Of a stretch of 64,000 bases of DNA, positions 17,981-28,321 are shown piece by piece. Numbering within the stretch: the first letter of the stretch is position 1; each line of letters starts with the position of its first letter. Source of the stretch: an uncultured Prevotella sp. (lineage in GTDB: Bacteria; Bacteroidota; Bacteroidia; Bacteroidales; Bacteroidaceae); the NCBI GenBank assembly GCA_900770025.1, contig CAAGIW010000051.1, positions 9,284-73,283 on the forward strand. Reading direction: 5' to 3'. The translations under genes and the position numbers were made by a program. The notes under the pieces are model-generated. The model was not told where the DNA came from. It made no database searches and saw only the letters and a list, made by a program, of their open reading frames with translations.

Positions 17981-20743
17981 TCAGAACAGTTGCAACTTGT
18001 TCTCACGTGCTTCGTCGAGCGAACGCAGATTCGTCTGCCTGCTCCGGTAGTCGGTTCGCAATTGTTCATACCGCTGGTGCAGGGATGCCAGATAAGCTTG
18101 GTTGTCGGCATCCAACAAGCGCGACGCCACGATAGGATTCTGCGAGGCATCCTTCACCCACACCACTTCCCCATGATACAAGGGTGCCAACCTGAGTGCC
18201 ACATAAAGTTCGTTGGTGGTGGCTCCGCCAATCATCACAGGCACCTTGATGCGCGCCCTGTTCAGAGCCTCTATCACATGTATCATCTCTTCAAGACTGG
18301 GGGTAATCAATCCGCTTAGCCCCACCATATCCGCACGGTGTTCCTGCACCTGCTCCACTATCTGTTCGGCCGGCACCATCACACCAAGGTCTATCACCTC
18401 ATAATTATTGCAAGCCATTACCACCGAAACAATGTTCTTGCCAATGTCGTGCACATCACCCTTGACCGTGGCCACTACCACCTTACCGGCCTTGGTGGGC
18501 ACTCCACTGTTCTCCTGCTCTATATAGGGCTGCAATATATTGACCGCCTGCTTCATGGTTCGGGCAGATTTCACCACCTGCGGCAGGAACATCTTGCCAT
18601 TTCCAAACAATTCGCCCACCTGATTCATGCCGTTCATCAGCGGTCCCTCGATGATATCCACTGCCTTGCTGTAAGCATGAAGGGCCTCTTGCAAGTCTTG
18701 CTGCATGTAGTCGCCCACGCCTTTCACCAATGATTGTACGATGCGGTCTTCTATGCTTTCAGGCCTTTCGGCCGCAGGTGCATGCCTTGCCACTTCCCCG
18801 CTAACTGTCTGTGCCGCTTTTCTGCGCTCTTCCTCAGCCTTTATTTCATCTGCCAGTTGCAACAGTCGGTCGCCGGCATCGGCTTTAGTGTTCAGAATCA
18901 CGTCCTCAATGACCGACAAGTGCTGTGCAGGAATATCGGTGTAGGCCACCTTGGCATTGGGATTCACGATGCCGAAATCCATCCCCTTCTGCATGGCATG
19001 AAACAGGAACACGGCATGCATGGCCTCACGGATGTAGTTATTGCCTCTGAAAGAGAACGAAAGATTACTCACACCTCCGCTGACATGCGCTCCCGGAAGA
19101 TGCTTTCTTATCCACTCTGTGGCACGGATAAAGTCGAGCGCATAGGAGGAATGTTCTTCCATTCCCGTTGCAACGGCAAGCACATTCGGGTCGAAAATGA
19201 TATCCTGTGGTGCCATGCCCACCTGCTGGGTCAACAGGCGATACGCCCTTTCGGCTATCTCTATGCGCCGTTCATAGGTGGTGGCCTGTCCCCGTTCGTC
19301 GAAGCACATCACCACTGCTGCTGCCCCGTAGCGCTTTATCATTGCGGCATGTTCAAGGAACACCTGCTCACCCGCTTTCAAAGAGATGGAATTGACAATA
19401 CACTTGCCCTGCACACACTTCAAGGCAGAGGCAATGACTTTCCAATCAGAGGAGTCGATCATCACAGGCACAGCAGCGATATCAGGCTCCGATGCGATAA
19501 GATTCAGAAAGGTGGTCATCTCCGTCTCCGCATCCAACAAGCCATCATCCATGTTGATATCTATCACCAGCGCACCATCTTCCACCTGCTTGCGAGCAAT
19601 AGACAGCGCCTCATCGTATTTCTTTTCATTGATGAGCCGCAGAAACTTGCGCGAACCGGCCACATTGCAACGCTCACCCACATTGACAAACCCTGTGGTG
19701 GCATTGACATACAAAGGTTCCAAACCGGCAAGCTGCATACATCCATCCTTTGCAGGCACCTGTCGGGGCTGTTTTCCATCGGCCAAACGGGCAAAACTGC
19801 GTATGAACTCATCGGTGGTGCCACAACAGCCACCCACAATGTTCACCAACTGCTCGTCTATAAATCCGGCCACATGTGCCGACATTTCCTCTACGGTCTC
19901 ATCATACTCACCCATGCAGTTGGGCATACCCGCATTGGGATAGGCAGCCACAAAGCATGAAGCCTTTTCAGAGAGCGTTCTGAGTAACGGTTTCATCTGC
20001 TTGGCTCCCAACGAACAGTTCATGCCGACAGCAAAGACTGGCAGCGTGCTGATGGTGGCAAGAAACGCCTCGATGGTCTGTCCGCCCAACATACGGCCGT
20101 TGCCATCGCTCACGGTGATGGAAAGGATAATGGGCAACTGCACCTGTCTTTTCTCCATCACGTCCACAGCGGCAGCCACAGCGGCCTTGGCATTCAACGT
20201 ATCGAAAATGGTCTCCACTAACAACAGGTCGATACCGCCCTCCACCATCGCATCTATCTGTTCACGATAGGCGGTGTAAAGGTCGTCATACCAAATATCG
20301 CGTGCAGCAGGATTGTTCACATCCGGACTCAAAGAGCACGTCTTGTTAGTAGGTCCAACCGAACCTGCCACCCATCGGGGCTTCTCTGGGGTGGAATACC
20401 TGTCGGCCATTTCTTTGGCAATTCTTGCCCCCTGCAGGGCCATTTCCCTGCCATATTCCGCAAGTCCGTACTCTGCCTGCGAAATGACCTGACTGCAAAA
20501 AGTGTTGGTAGTGATGATATCGGCACCGGCTTCAAGATACTTGCGGTGAATATCTGCAATAATCTGAGGTTGGGTGATATTCAAAACATCGTTGTTACCC
20601 TTCAGTTGCCTGTCAACCTCTGCAAATCTTTCTCCCTTGAATTCTTTCTCTCCTAATCCGTATTGCTGTATCGTGGTGCCCATGGCACCGTCAAGAATCA
20701 ATATTCTTTGCTGTAAGATGCTTTCGAGATATGCTTTATCCAT
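17981..20743 (-). CDS. metH: Cobalamin-dependent methionine synthase lacking the C-terminal SAM-reactivation domain
   Basis: [23 protein letters not shown] and [10 protein letters not shown]; start reassigned to 20743 (MDKAY). Confidence 0.95.
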   Translation of the reverse strand: MDKAYLESILQQRILILDGAMGTTIQQYGLGEKEFKGERFAEVDRQLKGNNDVLNITQPQIIADIHRKYLEAGADIITTNTFCSQVISQAEYGLAEYGREMALQGARIAKEMADRYSTPEKPRWVAGSVGPTNKTCSLSPDVNNPAARDIWYDDLYTAYREQIDAMVEGGIDLLLVETIFDTLNAKAAVAAAVDVMEKRQVQLPIILSITVSDGNGRMLGGQTIEAFLATISTLPVFAVGMNCSLGAKQMKPLLRTLSEKASCFVAAYPNAGMPNCMGEYDETVEEMSAHVAGFIDEQLVNIVGGCCGTTDEFIRSFARLADGKQPRQVPAKDGCMQLAGLEPLYVNATTGFVNVGERCNVAGSRKFLRLINEKKYDEALSIARKQVEDGALVIDINMDDGLLDAETEMTTFLNLIASEPDIAAVPVMIDSSDWKVIASALKCVQGKCIVNSISLKAGEQVFLEHAAMIKRYGAAAVVMCFDERGQATTYERRIEIAERAYRLLTQQVGMAPQDIIFDPNVLAVATGMEEHSSYALDFIRATEWIRKHLPGAHVSGGVSNLSFSFRGNNYIREAMHAVFLFHAMQKGMDFGIVNPNAKVAYTDIPAQHLSVIEDVILNTKADAGDRLLQLADEIKAEEERRKAAQTVSGEVARHAPAAERPESIEDRIVQSLVKGVGDYMQQDLQEALHAYSKAVDIIEGPLMNGMNQVGELFGNGKMFLPQVVKSARTMKQAVNILQPYIEQENSGVPTKAGKVVVATVKGDVHDIGKNIVSVVMACNNYEVIDLGVMVPAEQIVEQVQEHRADMVGLSGLITPSLEEMIHVIEALNRARIKVPVMIGGATTNELYVALRLAPLYHGEVVWVKDASQNPIVASRLLDADNQAYLASLHQRYEQLRTDYRSRQTNLRSLDEARENKLQLF

Positions 20744-21224
20744 AAGGTGATATTTTCTTGGCCCTGTCCATCTCCCTTCGGTCTTCCTTTTCCTTGAGAG
20801 TCTGACGCTTGTCAAATTCTTTCTTGCCTTTGCACAGGGCGATATCCATCTTTGCCCTGCCATGCTCATCTATGAATACCAGCAGTGGCACAATGGTGTA
20901 GCCCGTTTGCTTTGTGGCACTCTGCAATTTGCTGATTTCTTTTCTGTTGAGCAGCAGCTTCCTGTCTCTTTTTGCCTCATGGTTATTGTACGAGCCGTAA
21001 AAGTAGGGGGTTACGTTCATCCCCTTTACCCATATTTCTCCATTGTTGATATAACAGAAAGAATCTACCAAACTGGCCTTGCCCTGTCTGATAGATTTTA
21101 TCTCAGTGCCCGTGAGCACAATGCCAGCCGTATATGTCTCGATGAAGAAATACTCGAAGGAGGCTTTCTTGTTCCTGATATTCACCGGACTTTTCTTTCT
21201 TATCAACTCTTGTTCCTTATTCAT
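20736..21224 (-). CDS. smpB: SsrA-binding protein
   Basis: [26 protein letters not shown] and GKKEFDKR. Confidence 0.97.
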   Translation of the reverse strand: MNKEQELIRKKSPVNIRNKKASFEYFFIETYTAGIVLTGTEIKSIRQGKASLVDSFCYINNGEIWVKGMNVTPYFYGSYNNHEAKRDRKLLLNRKEISKLQSATKQTGYTIVPLLVFIDEHGRAKMDIALCKGKKEFDKRQTLKEKEDRREMDRAKKISPYG

Positions 21225-21267
21225 GTATGTCAGGGTGGTTCCAGTTTATCCCCACCGAAAATCAATT

Positions 21268-21768
21268 CTACTCTATTTTCACAAACCTCTCTATATGCTC
21301 ATCCACGTAGTGTGCCACCTGAGAGGTGAACATCTCTTCATTCTCTACAAAGGCATCATCCAAATCATCAAACTCTGCATATTGCTCAAACAGTGCCATA
21401 AACTCCTCGTCGGTACATTCCTGCTCAATCTCCTTCCCATACTTATTATATAAGGTGTGGCCATCATAAATCAACCTCGACAAGTCGCGCAGCCCCCATT
21501 GCTTCAGTGCCTTGGCAAAAGGATTGAGAAATATGAACGGGCCGTAGCCATTGTGAATCAACTGCACAAAGCCGCCATCCATCACCTCTTCATGAAGCAT
21601 GTCATAAGCTAACAAGGTGATTTGCTCGGCATTGAGCATCGCCATGTTTTCGGCATTGAGTTCTCCGCCTATGGCATCCTTTATTGCGTGCACAAACACG
21701 GAGAGGAACTCGTCCATCCCCGTGTTTGCGGCCTCACGCAGTATATTGTCTTTAACTGTTATCTCCAT
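21268..21768 (-). CDS. DMP19/DUF4375 family acidic protein
   Basis: EEVMDGGFVQLIHNG motif; strongly acidic C-terminal half. Confidence 0.75.
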   Translation of the reverse strand: MEITVKDNILREAANTGMDEFLSVFVHAIKDAIGGELNAENMAMLNAEQITLLAYDMLHEEVMDGGFVQLIHNGYGPFIFLNPFAKALKQWGLRDLSRLIYDGHTLYNKYGKEIEQECTDEEFMALFEQYAEFDDLDDAFVENEEMFTSQVAHYVDEHIERFVKIE

Positions 21769-21808
21769 ATTGTCACAGGTTTCTTCCTACACAGGATGCA
21801 CCCATCGG

Positions 21809-24800
21809 TTATTTATACTCATCCCAACTCTTCACCGTAATGTCATCGAGTGACATGTTGCAGAATGCCTGAATGAAGGCTGAAGCCAAACGAGCATTGG
21901 TGAGCAGGGGCACATTGAGGTCGATGGCCGCACGGCGTATCTTATAGCCATTGCTCAACTCGCCCGCCGACAAGTTCTTGGGAATGTTGACCACCATGTC
22001 TATCTCGTGGTTGTGCAACATATCAAGAGCCTGCGGCTGCCCTTCTTCCGAAGGCCAATACACCAAGGTATTCTCGATGTTGTTCTCAGTAAGGAACCTG
22101 GAGGTGCCACCTGTGGCATATAGTTTATAGCCATGCGCCACCAAGGTCTTGACAGCATCTAACATGGCTGTCTTCTGCTTGGCACCGCCCGTGGAGAGCA
22201 GGATGTTCTTTTCGGGAATACGGTAGCCCACTGAGAGCATACTCTTGAGCAAAGCACAGGCAGTGTCGTCACCCAGACAACCCACCTCACCAGTGGAAGC
22301 CATGTCAACTCCTAACACGGGGTCAGCCTTCTGTAAACGATTGAATGAGAACTGACTGGCCTTGATACCCACATAATCCAAATCAAACAGACTCTTGTGA
22401 GGCTTTTCCACTGGCAATCCGAGCATCACCTTGGTGGCAAGTTCAATCAGATTTATCTTCAGAACCTTGCTCACAAAGGGGAACGAACGGGATGCACGCA
22501 GGTTACATTCTATCACCTTGATATCGTTATCCTTGGCAAGGAACTGGATATTAAACGGACCGCTGATATGCAACTCCTCTGCAATGCGCTTGCTCACGCG
22601 CTTGATGCGGCGAATGGTTTCGCAATACAGTTTTTGGGGAGGGAACTGTATGGTGGCATCTCCTGAGTGCACGCCAGCAAACTCAATGTGCTCGCTAATG
22701 GCATAAGCCACAATCTCACCATTGCGTGCCACAGCATCCATTTCCACCTCCTTGGCATGTTCTATAAACTGGCTCACCACCACTGGATGATCTTCACTCA
22801 CGTTGGCTGCCAGTTTCAAGAACTTCTCCAACTCTTCCTGATTGCTGCACACATTCATCGCAGCTCCGGAAAGCACATACGATGGACGAACCAGAACGGG
22901 GAAGCCAACCTGTTCAATAAACTTGTTGATGTCGTCCATAGAGGTGAGTGCGCTCCATGCCGGCTGATCAATGCCGTTGCGGCTCAACATAGAAGAGAAC
23001 TTGGCTCTGTCTTCTGCATTGTCTATGTCCTTGGCAGTAGTTCCCAAGATGGGCACATGCTGCTCGTCCAGACGTACTGCCAGGTTGTTGGGTATCTGTC
23101 CACCAGTAGAAACGATAACTCCCTGAGGCGTCTCCAAGTCGATGATGTCCATCACACGCTCAAAGGTGAGTTCATCAAAATACAGGCGGTCACACATATC
23201 ATAGTCAGTGGAAACCGTCTCGGGATTGTAGTTAATCATCACCGAGCGATACCCCTCCTTACGTATCGTGTTCAATGCCTGCACACCACACCAGTCAAAC
23301 TCTACAGAAGAACCTATTCGATAGGCTCCCGAACCCAACACGATGATGGAGCGTTTGTCATTGGCAAACGGAATATCATGCTTCACTCCGGCATACGTGA
23401 GGTAGAGATAGTTTGTCTGTGCAGGATATTCGGCTGCCAAAGTGTCTATCTGCTTCACCACTGGCAGGATGCCATAACTCTTGCGCAACTGACGTACCAC
23501 CAATCCTGCTTTAGCCATGCTCTTCAGTTCGGTCTCTAATCCCACAGCACGAGCAATCTGGAAATCGGTGAATCCATATACTTTGGCTTCACGCAACTGC
23601 ACCTTGCTCAGGTTGTTGACACTCTTCAAGGCCTTGAGGCGCTCATCAATGTCAATGATATGCTTGAGTTTATACAGGAACCACTTGTCTATCTTGGTCA
23701 GTTCATGTATCTGGTCAATGGTATAACCCTTGTGCATCGCCTTAGAGATGATGAACACACGCTTGTCCGTAGGTTCCCTCAAAGCAGCGTCGATATCGGG
23801 GATTTGCAGTTCCTTGTTCTCTACAAAGCCATGCATACCCTGTCCTATCATGCGCAGACCTTTCTGGATGGCCTCCTCAAAGTTACGGCCAATCGCCATC
23901 ACCTCACCCACCGATTTCATGGATGAACCCAGTTCCTTATCCACTCCTCTGAACTTGCTCAAGTCCCAACGGGGTATCTTGCACACCACATAGTCGAGTG
24001 CAGGTTCAAAGAATGCGCTGGTGGTCTTGGTCACGGAGTTTTTCAGTTCAAAAAGTCCATATCCCATACCCAACTTGGCTGCCACAAAGGCCAAAGGATA
24101 GCCTGTGGCCTTGGATGCCAAGGCTGAGGAGCGACTCAGGCGGGCATTCACCTCAATCACCCTATAGTCCTCACTCACGGGGTCGAAGGCATACTGCACA
24201 TTGCACTCTCCCACTATACCTATATGACGGATAATCTTGATGCTCAGCGCACGCAGCTTGTGATATTCGCTATTGGTCAATGTCTGCGAAGGAGCTATGA
24301 CAATGCTCTCACCTGTGTGGATTCCAAGCGGATCGAAGTTTTCCATGTTACACACAGTGATACAGTTGTCATAACGGTCGCGCACTACCTCATACTCTAT
24401 CTCTTTCCAGCCTTTCAGACTCTTCTCCACAAGCACCTGCGGTGAGAAAGCGAATGCCTTCTCTGCCAGTTTGTTTAGTTCCTCCTCGTTGTCACAGAAT
24501 CCGCTTCCTAATCCTCCAAGGGCATAGGCGGCTCTCAATATCACGGGATAACCCAGTTGTGCAGCAGCCTTACGTGCCTGTTCTATGGTCTCGCAGGCCT
24601 CGCTCTTGATGGTTTTCACATCAATCTCGTTGAGCTTCTCCACAAAGAGTTCACGGTCTTCCGTATCCATGATGGCCTGCACTGGCGTGCCAAGCACCTT
24701 CACGTTATACTTCTCCAGCACACCACTTTTGTAGAGTTCCACACCGCAGTTAAGTGCGGTCTGTCCTCCAAATGCCAACAAAATGCCATCGGGGCGCTCT

Positions 24801-25036
24801 TTCTTTATCACCCTTTCCACGAAGTAGGGCTGTACTGGCAAGAAATAAATCTGATCTGCCACTCCCTCGGATGTTTGCACTGTGGCGATATTGGGATTGA
24901 TGAGGATGGTGGTCACACCCTCTTCGCGCAGGGCCTTCAATGCCTGTGAACCGGAATAGTCAAACTCTCCTGCCTCACCTATCTTCAAGGCACCGGAACC
25001 CAACAACAATACTTTCTTTATATTTTCGTCTTTCAT
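21809..25036 (-). CDS. carB: Carbamoyl-phosphate synthase large subunit
   Basis: GEAGEFDYSGSQA, duplicated ATP-grasp domains and an MGS domain. Confidence 0.98.
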   Translation of the reverse strand: MKDENIKKVLLLGSGALKIGEAGEFDYSGSQALKALREEGVTTILINPNIATVQTSEGVADQIYFLPVQPYFVERVIKKERPDGILLAFGGQTALNCGVELYKSGVLEKYNVKVLGTPVQAIMDTEDRELFVEKLNEIDVKTIKSEACETIEQARKAAAQLGYPVILRAAYALGGLGSGFCDNEEELNKLAEKAFAFSPQVLVEKSLKGWKEIEYEVVRDRYDNCITVCNMENFDPLGIHTGESIVIAPSQTLTNSEYHKLRALSIKIIRHIGIVGECNVQYAFDPVSEDYRVIEVNARLSRSSALASKATGYPLAFVAAKLGMGYGLFELKNSVTKTTSAFFEPALDYVVCKIPRWDLSKFRGVDKELGSSMKSVGEVMAIGRNFEEAIQKGLRMIGQGMHGFVENKELQIPDIDAALREPTDKRVFIISKAMHKGYTIDQIHELTKIDKWFLYKLKHIIDIDERLKALKSVNNLSKVQLREAKVYGFTDFQIARAVGLETELKSMAKAGLVVRQLRKSYGILPVVKQIDTLAAEYPAQTNYLYLTYAGVKHDIPFANDKRSIIVLGSGAYRIGSSVEFDWCGVQALNTIRKEGYRSVMINYNPETVSTDYDMCDRLYFDELTFERVMDIIDLETPQGVIVSTGGQIPNNLAVRLDEQHVPILGTTAKDIDNAEDRAKFSSMLSRNGIDQPAWSALTSMDDINKFIEQVGFPVLVRPSYVLSGAAMNVCSNQEELEKFLKLAANVSEDHPVVVSQFIEHAKEVEMDAVARNGEIVAYAISEHIEFAGVHSGDATIQFPPQKLYCETIRRIKRVSKRIAEELHISGPFNIQFLAKDNDIKVIECNLRASRSFPFVSKVLKINLIELATKVMLGLPVEKPHKSLFDLDYVGIKASQFSFNRLQKADPVLGVDMASTGEVGCLGDDTACALLKSMLSVGYRIPEKNILLSTGGAKQKTAMLDAVKTLVAHGYKLYATGGTSRFLTENNIENTLVYWPSEEGQPQALDMLHNHEIDMVVNIPKNLSAGELSNGYKIRRAAIDLNVPLLTNARLASAFIQAFCNMSLDDITVKSWDEYK

Positions 25037-25042
25037 CTTTCT

Positions 25043-26119
25043 TTATTTCAATTTTTCAACAAAGCGGTCAAACATGAATTCGGTATCTACAGGTCCACTA
25101 CATGCTTCTGGATGGAACTGGCTGGTAAACCAAGGGTTCTCCTTGTGGCATACGCCCTCATTGGAACCATCGTTCATATTTACGAACAGTTCACGCCAAT
25201 CCTTGCCTAAAGTAGAGGCATCCACCGCATAGCCGTGGTTCTGACTGGTCACGTAGCAGCGATTGGTGCCTACCTCGCGCACAGGCTGGTTGTGTGAACG
25301 ATGGCCATACTTCAGCTTATAGATTTTTGCTCCACCAGCTTTGGCAAGCAACTGATTTCCCATGCAGATGCCACAAATGGGCTTTCTTGAAAGTCCCATC
25401 TGTTTGCGGATCACATTCACTGCAGCCTCGCACATGTCGGGATCGCCAGGACCATTGCCCAAGAACAATCCATCAAAGTCCATGCCTGTGTAGTCATAGT
25501 TCCAGGGAACTCGAATCACCTCCACGCCACGATTCACCAGACAGCGTATGATATTGTTCTTCACTCCACAATCCACGAGTATCACTTTTTTTCCAGCCCC
25601 CTCATTATACCTGATTACCTCCTTGCAACTCACCTTGTCCACAAAGTTCACTCCCTCATAATCGGCAGTGGGGATGTTATCAGGCTCATCATCAAAGAGA
25701 ATCTTGCCCATCATCACGCCGTGTTCACGCAACACTTTGGTCAATTCACGAGTGTCTATTCCCGTTATGCCGGGCACTTTCTCGCGCTTCAGCCACTCAG
25801 CTAAACTTTCCTTCGCATTCCAGTGGTTGTATTGTTCACTGTAGTCAGCCACAATGATGGCAGACGCATGAATACGGTCGCTCTCCATAAAGGTGGCGAT
25901 ACCGTCACTCTCCACGGTAAACGGTGGCACGCCATAGTTGCCCACCAAGGGATAGGTAAGTGTCATCAACTGTCCGGCATACGAGGGGTCTGTAAGACTT
26001 TCCGGGTACCCCATCATTGCGGTATTGAATACCACTTCTCCCGCCACCGGCTGTTCATAACCAAATGACTTTCCATGGAAGCGTGTTCCATCTTCAAGTA
26101 ATAATGTTACGTTCTTCAT
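25043..26119 (-). CDS. carA: Carbamoyl-phosphate synthase small subunit
   Basis: GEVVFNT, TDPSY, GICMGNQ and QFHPE. Confidence 0.98.
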   Translation of the reverse strand: MKNVTLLLEDGTRFHGKSFGYEQPVAGEVVFNTAMMGYPESLTDPSYAGQLMTLTYPLVGNYGVPPFTVESDGIATFMESDRIHASAIIVADYSEQYNHWNAKESLAEWLKREKVPGITGIDTRELTKVLREHGVMMGKILFDDEPDNIPTADYEGVNFVDKVSCKEVIRYNEGAGKKVILVDCGVKNNIIRCLVNRGVEVIRVPWNYDYTGMDFDGLFLGNGPGDPDMCEAAVNVIRKQMGLSRKPICGICMGNQLLAKAGGAKIYKLKYGHRSHNQPVREVGTNRCYVTSQNHGYAVDASTLGKDWRELFVNMNDGSNEGVCHKENPWFTSQFHPEACSGPVDTEFMFDRFVEKLK

Positions 26120-26222
26120 ATTTTGACTTTGTGGTCCGGATACATATTCCGGATTGTGTTTATATCTTTTCTCAGTATATGTCGTTTGTATATCTTTTTA
26201 TCAGCAGTATTCAGTCTGCATT

Positions 26223-28118
26223 TCAGAACTTCTGTGCATACTGATACACTTTTTCCACGTAGTTGATAAAAGCTTGGTTGGCTAATTTCACACCTCCTGG
26301 CGTGGGATAGTTGCCCGTGAAATACCAGTCGCCCTTGTGGTTAGGTATCGCCTTGTGCAATCCTTCGATGCTTTGGAACACCAATTCTATAGGTGTAGTC
26401 ACTCCTGCGGGTCTCAGCATCTCCACCATCTTGGTGTTCAGTTCGTCCACGGTGAATGGACTGTACAGTTTCTTCACACAGCACTGCATCTCAGTCTTAG
26501 GCTTTTTCATTTCCTCCACACAGTTGTGATAGATTTCTTCAATCAGGTGGTGCATGTTGCGGTCTTTCAGCAGTTCCACACACGCCCTAAACGCGATGAA
26601 CTCTTCCAAATGTGCCATGTCGATGCCGTAATAGTCGGGATAACGTATCTGTGGTGAAGAACTCACAATCACAATCTTCTTGGGATGCAGGCGGTCGAGT
26701 ATTTTGATGATGCTCTCCCTCAGAGTGGTGCCACGCACAATGCTGTCATCTATCACCACCAGATTGTCCACTCCCTTTTCCAAAGACTCATAGGTGATGT
26801 CATACACGTGCGAAGCGAGGTCGTTACGGGAATTGCCCTCTGTGATAAAGGTTCTCAGTTTGATATCTTTCCACGCAATCTTCTCCGAACGCACATACTG
26901 ATGCAGTATCTCCTGCAGTTCTTCATGGGTGGGCACATGGTCCATGTTTTCCAGTGCCTTGATCTTCTGTTCGTTGATATAACGTTTAAATCCACCCAGC
27001 ATCCCATAATATGCCACCTCTGCCGTATTGGGGATAAACGAGAACACGGTATGCTCCACATCCCCGTCCACAGCCTTGAGGATAGAGGGCAACAGCTGTT
27101 CGCCCAGTTGCTTGCGCTCCTGATAGATATCGCGGTCAGAACCACGGCTAAAGTAGATGCGTTCAAAAGAGCAGGCAGCGTCTCCACGGGGAGCCAACAC
27201 CTGTTCAATATTGCACTCGCCGTTCTTGTTCACCATAATGGCCTGTCCGGGCTTCAGTTCTGAGATATTGTCACACTCCAAGTCAAAGGTGGTCTGCAGC
27301 ACAGGGCGCTCGCTTGCCACTGCCACAATTTCATCATTGCGATAGTAGAACGCAGGCCTGATGCCCCAAGGGTCGCGCAAGGAGAACATCTCTCCACTAC
27401 CGGTCAAGCCACACACCACATAGCCGCCATCAAAGTCGGGCATCGTGGTCTTCAGCACGTTTGCCATCTTCACATGGTTGTCGATATAGTCGGTAATGTC
27501 TGTTCCGTTCAGTCCCAGTTCCTTAGCATCCTGATAATTGCGTTCCACCTCCCTGTCTAATCGGTGTCCCATCCATTCCAGCATGATGTAACTGTCGCTG
27601 AAGATGCGCGGGTATTGTCCCTGTTCGGTTATCTTGTCGAACACCTCATCAATATTGGTCATGTTGAAATTGCCGCACAGGCACAGGTTCTTTGCCTTCC
27701 AGTTGTTTCTTCTCAGGAACGGGTGTACATACTTCAGACCGCTTTTCCCTGTGGTGGAATAGCGCAGGTGCCCCATATACAGCTCTCCGGCAAAAGGCAG
27801 TTGACTACTGGCATATTCCGCATCCTGTATCTGTGCATGAGTAAGTCCCTTGAAGCCCTTCTGTACGGCAGCAAAGATTTCCGTGATGGCATTAGAACCC
27901 TCAGCCTTTTCACGAAACATGTATTCATTTCCGGGCGTGGTATGCAGTTTGACACATGCCATTCCGGCGCCTTCCTGCCCTCGATTATGCTGCTTCTCCA
28001 TCATCAGATACAACTTGTTAAGTCCGTACATCCACGTGCCATACTTACGCTGATAGTAGTCCAATGGTTTCAGCAATCGAATCATTGCTATGCCACATTC
28101 ATGTTTTAATTGCTCCAT
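26223..28118 (-). CDS. purF: Amidophosphoribosyltransferase
   Basis: HECG (Ntn Cys), QHNRGQEGAG, GHLRYST and IDDSIVRGTT. Confidence 0.93.
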   Translation of the reverse strand: MEQLKHECGIAMIRLLKPLDYYQRKYGTWMYGLNKLYLMMEKQHNRGQEGAGMACVKLHTTPGNEYMFREKAEGSNAITEIFAAVQKGFKGLTHAQIQDAEYASSQLPFAGELYMGHLRYSTTGKSGLKYVHPFLRRNNWKAKNLCLCGNFNMTNIDEVFDKITEQGQYPRIFSDSYIMLEWMGHRLDREVERNYQDAKELGLNGTDITDYIDNHVKMANVLKTTMPDFDGGYVVCGLTGSGEMFSLRDPWGIRPAFYYRNDEIVAVASERPVLQTTFDLECDNISELKPGQAIMVNKNGECNIEQVLAPRGDAACSFERIYFSRGSDRDIYQERKQLGEQLLPSILKAVDGDVEHTVFSFIPNTAEVAYYGMLGGFKRYINEQKIKALENMDHVPTHEELQEILHQYVRSEKIAWKDIKLRTFITEGNSRNDLASHVYDITYESLEKGVDNLVVIDDSIVRGTTLRESIIKILDRLHPKKIVIVSSSPQIRYPDYYGIDMAHLEEFIAFRACVELLKDRNMHHLIEEIYHNCVEEMKKPKTEMQCCVKKLYSPFTVDELNTKMVEMLRPAGVTTPIELVFQSIEGLHKAIPNHKGDWYFTGNYPTPGGVKLANQAFINYVEKVYQYAQKF

Positions 28119-28321
28119 GCCTTATTTATTTTGTGATGTTGTGTTGTCTGCTTGATGTCTTCTCCCTTCCCTTACATTATATATAGTGTGTGTCCGAGGC
28201 ACCATTTTCTTTCGTTGATGGTGGCCAGATACATAAAGAACCAGCACCTGTGTTTGGGTTTCTTTCTCAAAAGGAGCAAAGAAACCGATACAGAAGCCGG
28301 TTCCCATGCTCTTCGGTAACC

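Noticed and set aside
28122..28307. 61-aa ORF between glmS and purF
   Set aside because: No motif; it overlaps hairpin-like intergenic sequence and is probably spurious.
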